A stretch of DNA of 64,000 nt from Bacteroidales bacterium. GTDB lineage: Bacteria; Bacteroidota; Bacteroidia; Bacteroidales; Azobacteroidaceae. The notes beneath the pieces were generated by a model. That model did no database searches and was not told where the DNA came from. It was given only the letters and a program-made list of their open reading frames with translations. Position numbers and translations under genes: made by a program. Shown piece by piece: positions 1 through 9,401 of this stretch; the stretch's first letter is position 1, and each line of letters starts with the position of its first letter. The stretch covers positions 25,554 through 89,553 of the forward strand of contig JAVBNR010000006.1 of the NCBI GenBank assembly GCA_031551395.1, given 5' to 3'.

Positions 1-1
1 T

Positions 2-1123
2 GAACTATTGGGGAATGTGATTCCGTTTTGGGAAAAACATTCTGTTGACAAAGAATTCGGAGGGTATTTTACTTGCCTTGACCGGACAGGAAGTGTGTTC
101 GATACCGACAAATTCATGTGGTTACAGGGGCGTGAAGTTTATATGTTTTCACTTTTTTATAATCAGATCGAAAAAAAACAGGCTTGGTTAGATATCGCTT
201 TACATGGAGCCGAATTCATGAAAAAATACGGACGGGACAACGATGGGAATTGGTATTTTTCATTAACCCGCGAAGGAAAACCGATTGTGCAGCCGTACAA
301 TATTTTTTCCGATTGCTTTGCCGCGATGGGATTCGGGGAACTTTATAAGGCGACAAACAATCCGGAGCATAAGCAGATCGCAGTAGATGCTTATTATAAC
401 ATCATTCGCAAGCAAAATAATCCGAAAGGCATTTACAACAAGTTATATCCGGGAACACGTCCGATGAGGAACTTTGCTCTTCCTATGATCTTGAGTAATC
501 TTTCTCTTATTCTGGAAGATATTTTGGAAGAGGGGACTGTTGAGCGATTGTTGAAACCGTTGACCGATGAGATATTAGGGGTTTTCTATCAGGAAGATTC
601 CGGATTGATATTGGAAAATGTAGCTCCTGACGGTGGTTTCTGTGATTGCTTTGAAGGCCGGTCGGTCAATCCGGGACACACCATTGAGGCCATGTGGTTT
701 TTAATGGATATAGGTGTTCGTCTTAAAGATAATGCTTTGATACAGAAAGCTTCGGAAGTTATTCTGAATACAATAAGTTATGGCTGGGATCAAAAGTACG
801 GAGGTGTTTTTTATTTCATGGACATCAAAGGCTATCCGCAGCAACAATTGGAATGGGACCAGAAACTTTGGTGGGTACATATCGAGACCCTCATTGCAAT
901 GGCTAAAGCTTACCGGTTGACCGGAAAAGAAGAATTCAGAAAATGGTTTCTGACGGTTCACGACTATACCTGGAATCATTTTAAAGATAAGGAATATCCC
1001 GAGTGGTTCGGATATCTGAACCGGCAGGGAGAACCTTTCTTGACGCTTAAAGGCGGTAAATGGAAAGGCTGTTTTCACGTACCCAGAGGTTTGTATCAGG
1101 TGTGGAAAACATTGGAAGATTAA
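2..1123 (+). CDS. nanE: N-acylglucosamine 2-epimerase (AGE family, Bacteroides NanE-like); 5'-truncated by the window edge
   Basis: The frame is open from base 2 (ELLGNVIPFW...). Motifs KFMWLQGREV, NPGHTIEAMWF, KLWWVHIE and GKWKGCFHVPR match GlcNAc/ManNAc 2-epimerases. The true start lies upstream of the window. Confidence 0.9.
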   Translation, partial: ELLGNVIPFWEKHSVDKEFGGYFTCLDRTGSVFDTDKFMWLQGREVYMFSLFYNQIEKKQAWLDIALHGAEFMKKYGRDNDGNWYFSLTREGKPIVQPYNIFSDCFAAMGFGELYKATNNPEHKQIAVDAYYNIIRKQNNPKGIYNKLYPGTRPMRNFALPMILSNLSLILEDILEEGTVERLLKPLTDEILGVFYQEDSGLILENVAPDGGFCDCFEGRSVNPGHTIEAMWFLMDIGVRLKDNALIQKASEVILNTISYGWDQKYGGVFYFMDIKGYPQQQLEWDQKLWWVHIETLIAMAKAYRLTGKEEFRKWFLTVHDYTWNHFKDKEYPEWFGYLNRQGEPFLTLKGGKWKGCFHVPRGLYQVWKTLED

Positions 1124-1160
1124 ATTTTGAATAATAAATTTTTATTTAATAATCGTTTTT

Positions 1161-4100
1161 ATGAAGAAAACCCTTTTTTTGATCCTCATGTGTATCGCAT
1201 ATCTCCATGCAAATGCACAAAATCGTCAGGTAACAGGGACGGTAAAGGATGGTAAGACAGGAGAAATGATTGTTGGTGCCTCTATTATTATAAAAGGTAC
1301 AACTTCCGGTGCTACATCAGACTCTGATGGAATATTTTCTATTAATGTTTCTAATGAAAAAACAGTATTATTAATTTCTTATTTAGGGTATTCTACTCAA
1401 GAAATTAACGTAGGGAGCCGAAATCATGTTGATGTAAATCTTTTGGAAGATGCAGTCAATTTGAATGAAGTGATCGTCGTGGGATATTCAACACAAAAGA
1501 AAGTAAATCTGACAGGAGCGGTTGCTGTTGTAACCGGCGATGAGATTGGAAAACGCATGACAGTCAGTTTATCTAATGCTTTGCAAGGAACAATGCCCGG
1601 TGTAACCATTCAACAAACATCCGGAGAACCGGGAGTTGATGGAGGTACGATTAAGGTTCGAGGGACAGGTTCGCTTTATGCGGGTACATCTCCTCTTGTT
1701 CTGATTGATGGAATGGAAATGTCTATCGATCAGATCGATCCGAACACGATAGAGTCTGTTACTACATTGAAAGATGCAGCATCAGCCTCTATTTATGGTT
1801 CTCGTGCTGCTAACGGAGTTATTCTTATTACAACGAAACGAGGAAAAGAAGGTCCGGTTAAAGTTTCTTATAAAGGTACGCTCTCTGCTCAATTAGCGAC
1901 AAATTTGCCGGAGCCGGTTTCAACCGTACAATTTATGGAACAAACGAACTTAGCTTATAAAAATCTGGGAACAAACCAACCTTATGATCCGGCTTTGATT
2001 GAAGAATACCGCAATTATAGAGCAGATAACTGGAATCGTTTTGAGACAGATTGGAAAGGTGAAATTTTGAAAGATTACGCTTTTTTGACAGATCAAACGG
2101 TTAGTGTTAGCGGAGGGAGTAAAAATCTTTCTTTTATGGGTGTTGGAAATTACGTTTATCAAAATGGATTGATCGATAATAATAATTATTCCCGGTTTAG
2201 TCTTCGTATGAACATGGATGCTCAGATCAGAAGCTGGATCAAATTCTCTTTTGATGCGAATGCTGTAGAAGGAAAACGTACGACACCGTCTGTTAATTCA
2301 GCCAAATCCATTATAAACAAATCATTATATATGCCAGGAGTTCTTCCCGGAATTAACGCGGATGGAACTTGGGGAGCAGGCAAAAATGCGGATAATCCGA
2401 TTGCTTCGGCCAGAGTAGGAGGTACGAGTGACACAAAAACTCCGGATGTGACAATGAATGCAACGCTTACGATTACTCCAATCAATAATTTGAATTTGAT
2501 CGGACAATATAGCAGACGCACAGTTACGAATAAAGGTCGAAGTTTTATTCGTAAGTGGGATTACTATGATAGAGGAGTTTATCAAGGACAGGCTCCACTT
2601 ACAATGGAAGGTCTTACTGAAAGTTGGAATGAAAATCTTCGGAACTATTATCGGTTTCAAGCTAATTATAAATTGAAAGTGAAAGAACATGATATAAGCT
2701 TACTTGGAGGTTTTCAGGCAGAAGATAATACATATAAAAATATCAGTGTAGGTAAAGGTGGCTTTGATTTCCCCGGATATGAATATTTATCGAATGGAAC
2801 AGGTCAGGCTTCTGCTACAGGAGGTGCGACAGATTGGTCAATGGCCTCTTTTTATGCACGATTGAATTATATTTATGCGAATAAATATTTAATGGAAGTG
2901 AATGGACGCTGGGATGCTTCTTCCCGCTTTGCAAAAGATTTGAGATGGAGTCTGTTTCCATCCGTATCATTAGGATGGATCCTTACTGAAGAACAATTTA
3001 TGAAGGGGATTGATGTTCTTTCTCATGCGAAGATCAGAACATCTTACGGTTTATTGGGAAATCAAAACTTAAATTCAAATTACCCGGCTTGGTCAGTCGT
3101 TTCTCCCGGATATAGCTATTGGTTTGGAAAAACCTTGAATCAGGGAGTTGCAGTTACGACCATGTCAAATCCGAATATCACATGGGAAAAATCGACTCAA
3201 TTCGATGTGGGTTTGGATCTGGGATTCTGGAACAACAGGCTTTCGTTTACCGGAGACTTTTACATCAAAGATGTTAATGATATGCTGATGACTTTCCCGC
3301 CTCCTTATTTTGAAGGATTGAATGCTGCATACAGTAATGCCGCCAAAATGAGGAATACCGGTTGGGAAATTGCCGTCACTTACAAAGGAAAAACAGGTGC
3401 TGTCAATTATGGCGCCACTTTCCTGTTGGATGATGTTAAAAATGAGGTGCTTGACCTGAAAGGACGTACTTATCAGGACAAATCGATTGTGGTAGGTTAT
3501 CCATACAACGGACAATGGGGTTATGTAACCGACGGGTATTACCAGACGGTTCCGGAAACATTGGATGCTCCTTATTTTGCGACAAAAACGCCGAAAGTGG
3601 GTTATGTAAAATATGTCAATCAGAATCCGGATGTAGATAATATTATCGATCAGAACGATCAGATTTTTCTTGGAGACCCATTCCCTCATTACAATTTCGG
3701 ATTGAAACTGAATGCCGACTGGAAAGGGTTGGATGCGATGGTATTCTTCCAGGGAGTAGGAAAAAGAGCTGCTTTCATGTCGGGAATCGGGTTGGTTCCT
3801 TTTGCGAACGGATCTTCGATGTTCACACATCAGTTGGATAGCTGGACGACTGAAAATCCGAATGCGGCTTATCCGATCTTGTTGCCGGAAGCTAATGCCG
3901 GCGATAATTTCCAGAAATCGGATAAATGGGTCAAAAGTGGCGCTTACGGTCGTTTGAAAACAGTGGAAATCGGCTATACGTTGCCTTCAAGGTTGACTAA
4001 AAAATGGCAGATGGATAATGTTCGTTTCTTCTTAAATGGACAAAACTTACTTACTATCAGTGATTTTTACAAAGGATATGATCCTGAAGTCTCTTATGGA

Positions 4101-4169
4101 GGTAGTCTTGGCGGGGAGTTTTATCCGATTATGAGGACTTTTACTTTTGGTCTTGACATTAAATTTTAA
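1161..4169 (+). CDS. susC: SusC/RagA TonB-dependent transporter
   Basis: Signal peptide, carboxypeptidase-like N-domain, plug motifs (VVVGY, LKDAASASIYGSRAANGVILITTK), C-terminal Phe, followed by SusD. Confidence 0.97.
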   Translation: MKKTLFLILMCIAYLHANAQNRQVTGTVKDGKTGEMIVGASIIIKGTTSGATSDSDGIFSINVSNEKTVLLISYLGYSTQEINVGSRNHVDVNLLEDAVNLNEVIVVGYSTQKKVNLTGAVAVVTGDEIGKRMTVSLSNALQGTMPGVTIQQTSGEPGVDGGTIKVRGTGSLYAGTSPLVLIDGMEMSIDQIDPNTIESVTTLKDAASASIYGSRAANGVILITTKRGKEGPVKVSYKGTLSAQLATNLPEPVSTVQFMEQTNLAYKNLGTNQPYDPALIEEYRNYRADNWNRFETDWKGEILKDYAFLTDQTVSVSGGSKNLSFMGVGNYVYQNGLIDNNNYSRFSLRMNMDAQIRSWIKFSFDANAVEGKRTTPSVNSAKSIINKSLYMPGVLPGINADGTWGAGKNADNPIASARVGGTSDTKTPDVTMNATLTITPINNLNLIGQYSRRTVTNKGRSFIRKWDYYDRGVYQGQAPLTMEGLTESWNENLRNYYRFQANYKLKVKEHDISLLGGFQAEDNTYKNISVGKGGFDFPGYEYLSNGTGQASATGGATDWSMASFYARLNYIYANKYLMEVNGRWDASSRFAKDLRWSLFPSVSLGWILTEEQFMKGIDVLSHAKIRTSYGLLGNQNLNSNYPAWSVVSPGYSYWFGKTLNQGVAVTTMSNPNITWEKSTQFDVGLDLGFWNNRLSFTGDFYIKDVNDMLMTFPPPYFEGLNAAYSNAAKMRNTGWEIAVTYKGKTGAVNYGATFLLDDVKNEVLDLKGRTYQDKSIVVGYPYNGQWGYVTDGYYQTVPETLDAPYFATKTPKVGYVKYVNQNPDVDNIIDQNDQIFLGDPFPHYNFGLKLNADWKGLDAMVFFQGVGKRAAFMSGIGLVPFANGSSMFTHQLDSWTTENPNAAYPILLPEANAGDNFQKSDKWVKSGAYGRLKTVEIGYTLPSRLTKKWQMDNVRFFLNGQNLLTISDFYKGYDPEVSYGGSLGGEFYPIMRTFTFGLDIKF

Positions 4170-4180
4170 TTTTTATAAAG

Positions 4181-6040
4181 ATGAGAATTATGAAAAATAC
4201 ATATAAAATTATCGTTGTATTCGTTGCTCTTCTTTTTACGGCCTGTGATGATTATCTCGACAGAGAGCCGATGAGCGACTATCTTTCCGGTACGTTTTAT
4301 AACTCGGAGGCTGCGATTAAACAAGGGACAAACGGTGTATACCAAAAAGTGTATATGGACTTTAACGGAAGTATTCCTGCTATTGTATTATTTGATATGT
4401 ACACAGGTTTAGGAATAGAACGGAATGTGGATAATAGTGTGGGCGCCGGAGGTGCCATGGCAACTTCTTTTATCTGGGAGCAACTTTGGGCGGATCTGTA
4501 TCAGGGAGTTGCAAGATGCAATACTGTACTCGACGGCGCAGTTCCTTATATGGATCAATTGCAGAAATCCGAAAAGGCGCTGCAATATTTGGCAGAGATT
4601 AAGACGATGAGGGCTTATTTCTATTACTATTTGATCTATACTTATGGTAAAATTCCGTTTTTTACCAAATCGGTTACTGAAGCCGATTGGAAAACAGCGA
4701 CCCGCCAGCCGATTGAAGATATTCTTCCCGTTTTATTCGATGATTTGGATGATGCTGCGAAATACCTTCCGTGGAGACATGTTGCAAGTGCGGATTGGGG
4801 ACGTGTAGATCGTTCTTTTGCCATGGGATTGAAAGCCCGGATTGCATTGAATGCCGGAAGTTTGAATATCAATGGTAATGGGAAAACTTACTTCCAGATC
4901 GCCCGTGATGCGGCTAAAATAGTTATGGATCAAAGTGGCAGAGACTTGTCTCCTGATTACGCCGCTTTATTTACGAAAGCAGGCCAGGCTACCGAAAATT
5001 CAAAGAAAGAAAATATCTTTGAACTCATGTATGGAGGAGAACAGACGGATGCCAATAAGAAATATCATTATATTTCCTGGGGAGAATATTCCCGGAATAT
5101 CGGACAATCGGGTCGTTTCCCGACTCAAATGCTGATTGATACATACGAGATGACAAACGGCAAACGGATCGATGAATCCGGATCCGGATATGATCCTAAA
5201 AAACCATTTGAAAACCGGGATAAACGCTTGCGTCATACTATTTATACTCATGGAGATACTTGTATCGCACGGTTGAATATGGATGATAACTCCAGACAAA
5301 AATTCATTCTGGATATTTATTTTGATAAGATCAAGTACATCAAGACAGACGGTACGACAGAAACAAAAAATAACATGGACCGCAATAGTAATGTGTCTCA
5401 GTACGGGTTTGCTGAAAGCGGAGTTGGCTATCTGTGGAAAAAATACAACCATTATGATGATGAACCGGCAGCTTCTCCTACTTATAATTATGTAATCATG
5501 CGTTTTTCCGAAATCTTGTTGACTTATGCAGAAGCAAAAATCGAATTGAACGAGATCGATGAATCGGTTTATTCTGCTATTGACCGTGTTAGGAATCGGG
5601 TGGGACAACCGGATCTCAGAAGCGTAGATCCTACAAGAGCAGGAAATCAAAATAAAATGCGGCAAATTGTTCGCCGAGAACGGAAAGTAGAATTCATTGA
5701 CGAAGGACTCCATCTCTTTGACATGAGAAGATGGAAAATCGGAGATCTTGAAAATAAACAGCCGACTTATGGATATCCGGTTTTAGCGAATGTGGATAAA
5801 CTCTCGCTGAACATAGATAGTTATGCATTGGCTACATCCGATATGGTTCCTAAATATGGTGCCGCAGGTTCCAGAGAGGATTTGAATGATATCCCTGATT
5901 ATTCCGCTTTTGCATCCAAATTACGGGTTCGTGATAAAAATCGTTACTGGAACGATGCGTTTTATTTGTCTCCGATTTCTCAGGCTGAATTGAATAAAGC
6001 GCCTCAACTGAGACCTAATAATCCGGGTTATTCCGATTAA
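4181..6040 (+). CDS. susD: RagB/SusD nutrient-binding lipoprotein (start may be 4190)
   Basis: Lipobox FTAC-DD; motifs RFSEILLTYAEA and RRERKVEFIDEG..LFDMRRW; directly follows susC. Confidence 0.96.
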   Translation: MRIMKNTYKIIVVFVALLFTACDDYLDREPMSDYLSGTFYNSEAAIKQGTNGVYQKVYMDFNGSIPAIVLFDMYTGLGIERNVDNSVGAGGAMATSFIWEQLWADLYQGVARCNTVLDGAVPYMDQLQKSEKALQYLAEIKTMRAYFYYYLIYTYGKIPFFTKSVTEADWKTATRQPIEDILPVLFDDLDDAAKYLPWRHVASADWGRVDRSFAMGLKARIALNAGSLNINGNGKTYFQIARDAAKIVMDQSGRDLSPDYAALFTKAGQATENSKKENIFELMYGGEQTDANKKYHYISWGEYSRNIGQSGRFPTQMLIDTYEMTNGKRIDESGSGYDPKKPFENRDKRLRHTIYTHGDTCIARLNMDDNSRQKFILDIYFDKIKYIKTDGTTETKNNMDRNSNVSQYGFAESGVGYLWKKYNHYDDEPAASPTYNYVIMRFSEILLTYAEAKIELNEIDESVYSAIDRVRNRVGQPDLRSVDPTRAGNQNKMRQIVRRERKVEFIDEGLHLFDMRRWKIGDLENKQPTYGYPVLANVDKLSLNIDSYALATSDMVPKYGAAGSREDLNDIPDYSAFASKLRVRDKNRYWNDAFYLSPISQAELNKAPQLRPNNPGYSD

Positions 6041-6052
6041 AAAAAGAATAAG

Positions 6053-7384
6053 ATGAAACATTTACTTTATGGCATTATCGGATTGTTCACAGCTCTGTTG
6101 TTTCAGAGTTGTGGCTCCGATAGTCCGGATCCGGATCCAACTCCGGCATCAACCAATAACTATTTTTTATGGGTCGATGCGACAGCTAATTTTCCGCGTT
6201 TGTCCAACAGCCAGGATTCTATTACAAAATATGTAGTCATGGCGAAAGAATCCGGATTTACCGATTTGGTAGTGGATGTTCGTCCGATTAGCGGGGAAGT
6301 GTTGTATAACAGTACGATTGCCACTCAATTGAAAGAATGGAAAGGTTTTTCCCGGACAGCTACGTTTGATTATCTGAATGCTTTTATTCTTGCAGCCAAA
6401 GCGAATGGCTTGAATGTTTATGCTTCGATCAATACATTCACAGGCGGACATTTATATTCTCCGTTTTGGGAACAAGCCAACAATGGGGCAAGGCAGGTGC
6501 TGGCAACACAGCATCCGGATTGGATTTCGAAAAGCTATGTGTGGACAGGGTCTTCGGGTAAAATAGAATCCATGTGGACTTATTACGGTGGAAAAGGATC
6601 TAAAACAGCTGCTTTTCTGAACCCGTCGAATCAGGACGCAAGGGCTTATATGTTGTCTGTTATCAATGAGATTGTAACTAAATACGATGTCAAAGGTATT
6701 GTCCTTGACCGGGGGCGTTTCGATAGTCTGGAGTCGGAATTCAGTGATGTGACGCGTGCTGCTTTTGAAAGTTATATCGGACAAAAATTAACGAATTGGC
6801 CGGATGATGTTTTCAAATGGACAGGTAGCGGTACTAAAATCGAAGGTCCGCATTATAAAAAATGGTTGGAATTCAGGGCTTCTGTCATTTATAACTTTTT
6901 CAAAGAGGCTAAGTCCAAAGTGAAAGCGGTTAATAAAGAATTTGCAGCTTACGTGGGTGCCTGGTATTCCACATACTATAATGAAGGAGTTAATTGGGCC
7001 AGCCAAACGTATGATCCGAGTGCCAAATATTCATGGGCTACAACTGATTATAAAAAATATGGTTATGCCGAAGAACTGGATTTCATTATGACCGGATGTT
7101 ATTCAGGAACAGCTACCGGTGTGAATAATTATATATCCCAATCACAGGAAGCGATCAAGAATGTTATTCCTATTGCTTCCGGATTGTATGTGGATGATTA
7201 TAACACGATCGAAAAGAATAATGGAGCAGGAAAAGGGAAGACCGCTTTTTATGATTGTTTGGTTGCCGCACGTAAGGGTACGAAAAACATCATGGTATTC
7301 GATATGGTGCACATGAATGATGAATTATATCAGAATGGGAGTACCCCCAAATATTGGGATGTTGTAAAATCTATTCTAAAATAA
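6053..7384 (+). CDS. GHL10/DUF187-like putative glycoside hydrolase, lipoprotein
   Basis: Lipobox FQSC-GSD; TIM-barrel motifs LVVDVRP..G, FLNPS and GIVLDRGRFD. Confidence 0.75.
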   Translation: MKHLLYGIIGLFTALLFQSCGSDSPDPDPTPASTNNYFLWVDATANFPRLSNSQDSITKYVVMAKESGFTDLVVDVRPISGEVLYNSTIATQLKEWKGFSRTATFDYLNAFILAAKANGLNVYASINTFTGGHLYSPFWEQANNGARQVLATQHPDWISKSYVWTGSSGKIESMWTYYGGKGSKTAAFLNPSNQDARAYMLSVINEIVTKYDVKGIVLDRGRFDSLESEFSDVTRAAFESYIGQKLTNWPDDVFKWTGSGTKIEGPHYKKWLEFRASVIYNFFKEAKSKVKAVNKEFAAYVGAWYSTYYNEGVNWASQTYDPSAKYSWATTDYKKYGYAEELDFIMTGCYSGTATGVNNYISQSQEAIKNVIPIASGLYVDDYNTIEKNNGAGKGKTAFYDCLVAARKGTKNIMVFDMVHMNDELYQNGSTPKYWDVVKSILK

Positions 7385-7394
7385 AGTAGAATCA

Positions 7395-9377
7395 ATGAGA
7401 CAACTCAAACAAACAGGATGTTTATTCTTTTTCTTCTTATTGGGAAGTCTGTGTTTATCTTACGGACAGTCAGGTGTTTCCATAGAAGCTGCCAGCCGGG
7501 ATATCACGCTCACAGTCAGAGGACCGGAAAGAGTAATCAGTTCAGTCAACCCCTCTGAAGAAAAATCTTTGGATAACGGAATTGTTTTATTGTCATCGAA
7601 ATACGGACAATCCGTTTCTTCCAATAAGAATCGGATTTTAGTGCAGGTCGACGATAAAATGAAAGTGACTAAAGTCCTTTCCGGACAGCTTGCTGATATG
7701 GCAATTCCTCAACAGGGCTTTGTTTTGATGGCTTCCGGCGATAACGACAAGAAATTCCTTTCGGAAAATTTCAAGGAAGGAGATGTTCTGAAACTGCGTA
7801 TCAATGGAGAAATCAAGGCTTTAGCAGAAGTGATTGCTTCCGGAGGAAAAGAGAATTCGTTCGATATCCGGTTCGATAAAGAAACCATATACACTTCGTT
7901 GAAAAAAGAAGAACTGATTTCCGGAGAAGTTGTTCATTTCAATCGGAAAAACGGCTATAAAATGATCGTTGAGGCAAATGGAAAAGAAATACAATCTGTT
8001 CGCATTGCTCCAAACGGAACATTTTCTTTTCCGGTTCGACTGAATGAAGGAGTGAACTATTTTGATGTAAAAATGACGGATTCAAAGAAAACACTTTCGA
8101 CGGCATCTTTTATGATCTACCGTAAAAAAGTGAATACGGCGAAACCTGAAATAGTGATGTGGGTTGAGCAATTTCCGAATGCGCTTACTCTGACGAGTGA
8201 AAATGCCATAGAAGAAATGATGCTGAAATGCAAAGAGGCGGGCGTAACTGCTTTCGGACTGGATGTGAAAGGTCCTGAAGGTTATGTTTCTTACAAGAAA
8301 AACGATCTGTCTCAATCGCCTTATTTTACATCGACCATCAATCCGAAAAAGAAAGTAGAGCCTTCTGGCATGGATCTGCTGGAGTCTTTTGTGGAACTGG
8401 CACATAAGCATGACATGAAAGTATACGCAAGCTTCAACTTTTTTACCGAAGGGAATGTGACGACCAACGACTATGCGATTTTGAAAGGCCATCCCGGATG
8501 GGAAGAAATCGTGCAACGTCCTGAAGATAAGGGTAAACTGTTGAAAATATCTGAAAGTACGGCCGGACAGGAAGCCCGGGCTGGAAAAAGAATTGTCCTG
8601 GGATTTGTCAATCCGGCTAATAAGGACGTTCAGGATTTTCAATTGCTGCGAGTGGAAGAGGTACTTAAAAATTATGCCGTCGACGGAGTAGTCATGGACA
8701 GATGCCGTTATGACAACCTGTATGCCGATTTTAGTGATGTTTCCAAACAGAAATTTGCGGAATATCTCCGGCAAGAAGGAAAGGAGCTGGAACGATTTCC
8801 TGCAGATGCTTTTCTGATCGATGAAAATGGTAAAATGATCGAAGGGAAGTATTACATGGAATGGATTACTTTCCGTTCGGGAGTCATCAAACAATTTACG
8901 GATCGAGTCCGGATGCTGGTCGATAAATACAAAAAAGAAAAGAATCCGGATTTAAAACTGGCTGCTTATGTCGGTTCCTGGTTTGAAGTATACTGGCAAA
9001 ACGGAGTCAACTGGTCGAGTCGGAATTTTCGGTATAACGAGCGGCTTCATTTTCCTGAAAATCGTTTATATACTGATAAATATTATCAAACCAGTTATAC
9101 CGGAAACATTGATTTTCTGATGATCGGGACTTATTATAAAACAGCGAAGGAAGTCAGTAAATACATCACGCTTGGTAATATCCTGACCAATGGAGAACTC
9201 CCGTTGTACGGATCCATGAGCTTACCTGATCTGAAAACCGATGAGCAAGCTCAGGTTTTTGCTGCTTCGCTAACAAATTCGTCCGGTTTGATGTTGTTTG
9301 ATTTGTGTTATGTCGATTGGAAAACCTTTATAGGAAATCTCTTGCAAGCAATAGAAGAAAGTAATAAACAAAAATAA
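7395..9377 (+). CDS. GHL10/DUF187-like putative glycoside hydrolase with ~250 aa N-terminal accessory region
   Basis: Sec-type signal; LDVKGPEG, FVNPAN and DGVVMDRCRYD; the catalytic part is paralogous to 6053..7384 (shared W..FR and AAYVG.W). Confidence 0.72.
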   Translation: MRQLKQTGCLFFFFLLGSLCLSYGQSGVSIEAASRDITLTVRGPERVISSVNPSEEKSLDNGIVLLSSKYGQSVSSNKNRILVQVDDKMKVTKVLSGQLADMAIPQQGFVLMASGDNDKKFLSENFKEGDVLKLRINGEIKALAEVIASGGKENSFDIRFDKETIYTSLKKEELISGEVVHFNRKNGYKMIVEANGKEIQSVRIAPNGTFSFPVRLNEGVNYFDVKMTDSKKTLSTASFMIYRKKVNTAKPEIVMWVEQFPNALTLTSENAIEEMMLKCKEAGVTAFGLDVKGPEGYVSYKKNDLSQSPYFTSTINPKKKVEPSGMDLLESFVELAHKHDMKVYASFNFFTEGNVTTNDYAILKGHPGWEEIVQRPEDKGKLLKISESTAGQEARAGKRIVLGFVNPANKDVQDFQLLRVEEVLKNYAVDGVVMDRCRYDNLYADFSDVSKQKFAEYLRQEGKELERFPADAFLIDENGKMIEGKYYMEWITFRSGVIKQFTDRVRMLVDKYKKEKNPDLKLAAYVGSWFEVYWQNGVNWSSRNFRYNERLHFPENRLYTDKYYQTSYTGNIDFLMIGTYYKTAKEVSKYITLGNILTNGELPLYGSMSLPDLKTDEQAQVFAASLTNSSGLMLFDLCYVDWKTFIGNLLQAIEESNKQK

Positions 9378-9401
9378 TAAAATCTTAAATCAGAATAAAG
9401 T

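Noticed and set aside
6121-6150. CCGGAT micro-repeat (PDPDPTP)
   Set aside because: Ordinary Pro/Asp linker after a lipoprotein cysteine
1-9000. Frequent TCCGGA/CCGG palindromes (manual count in bases 1-9000: about 18 TCCGGA and about 65 CCGG), resembling a HIP1-like iterated palindrome
   Set aside because: My approximate counts of TCCGG (32) and CCGGA (37) predict about 18 TCCGGA, so the hexamer has no excess of its own. The CCGG richness is most simply explained by codon usage. A codon-shuffled test would settle it.
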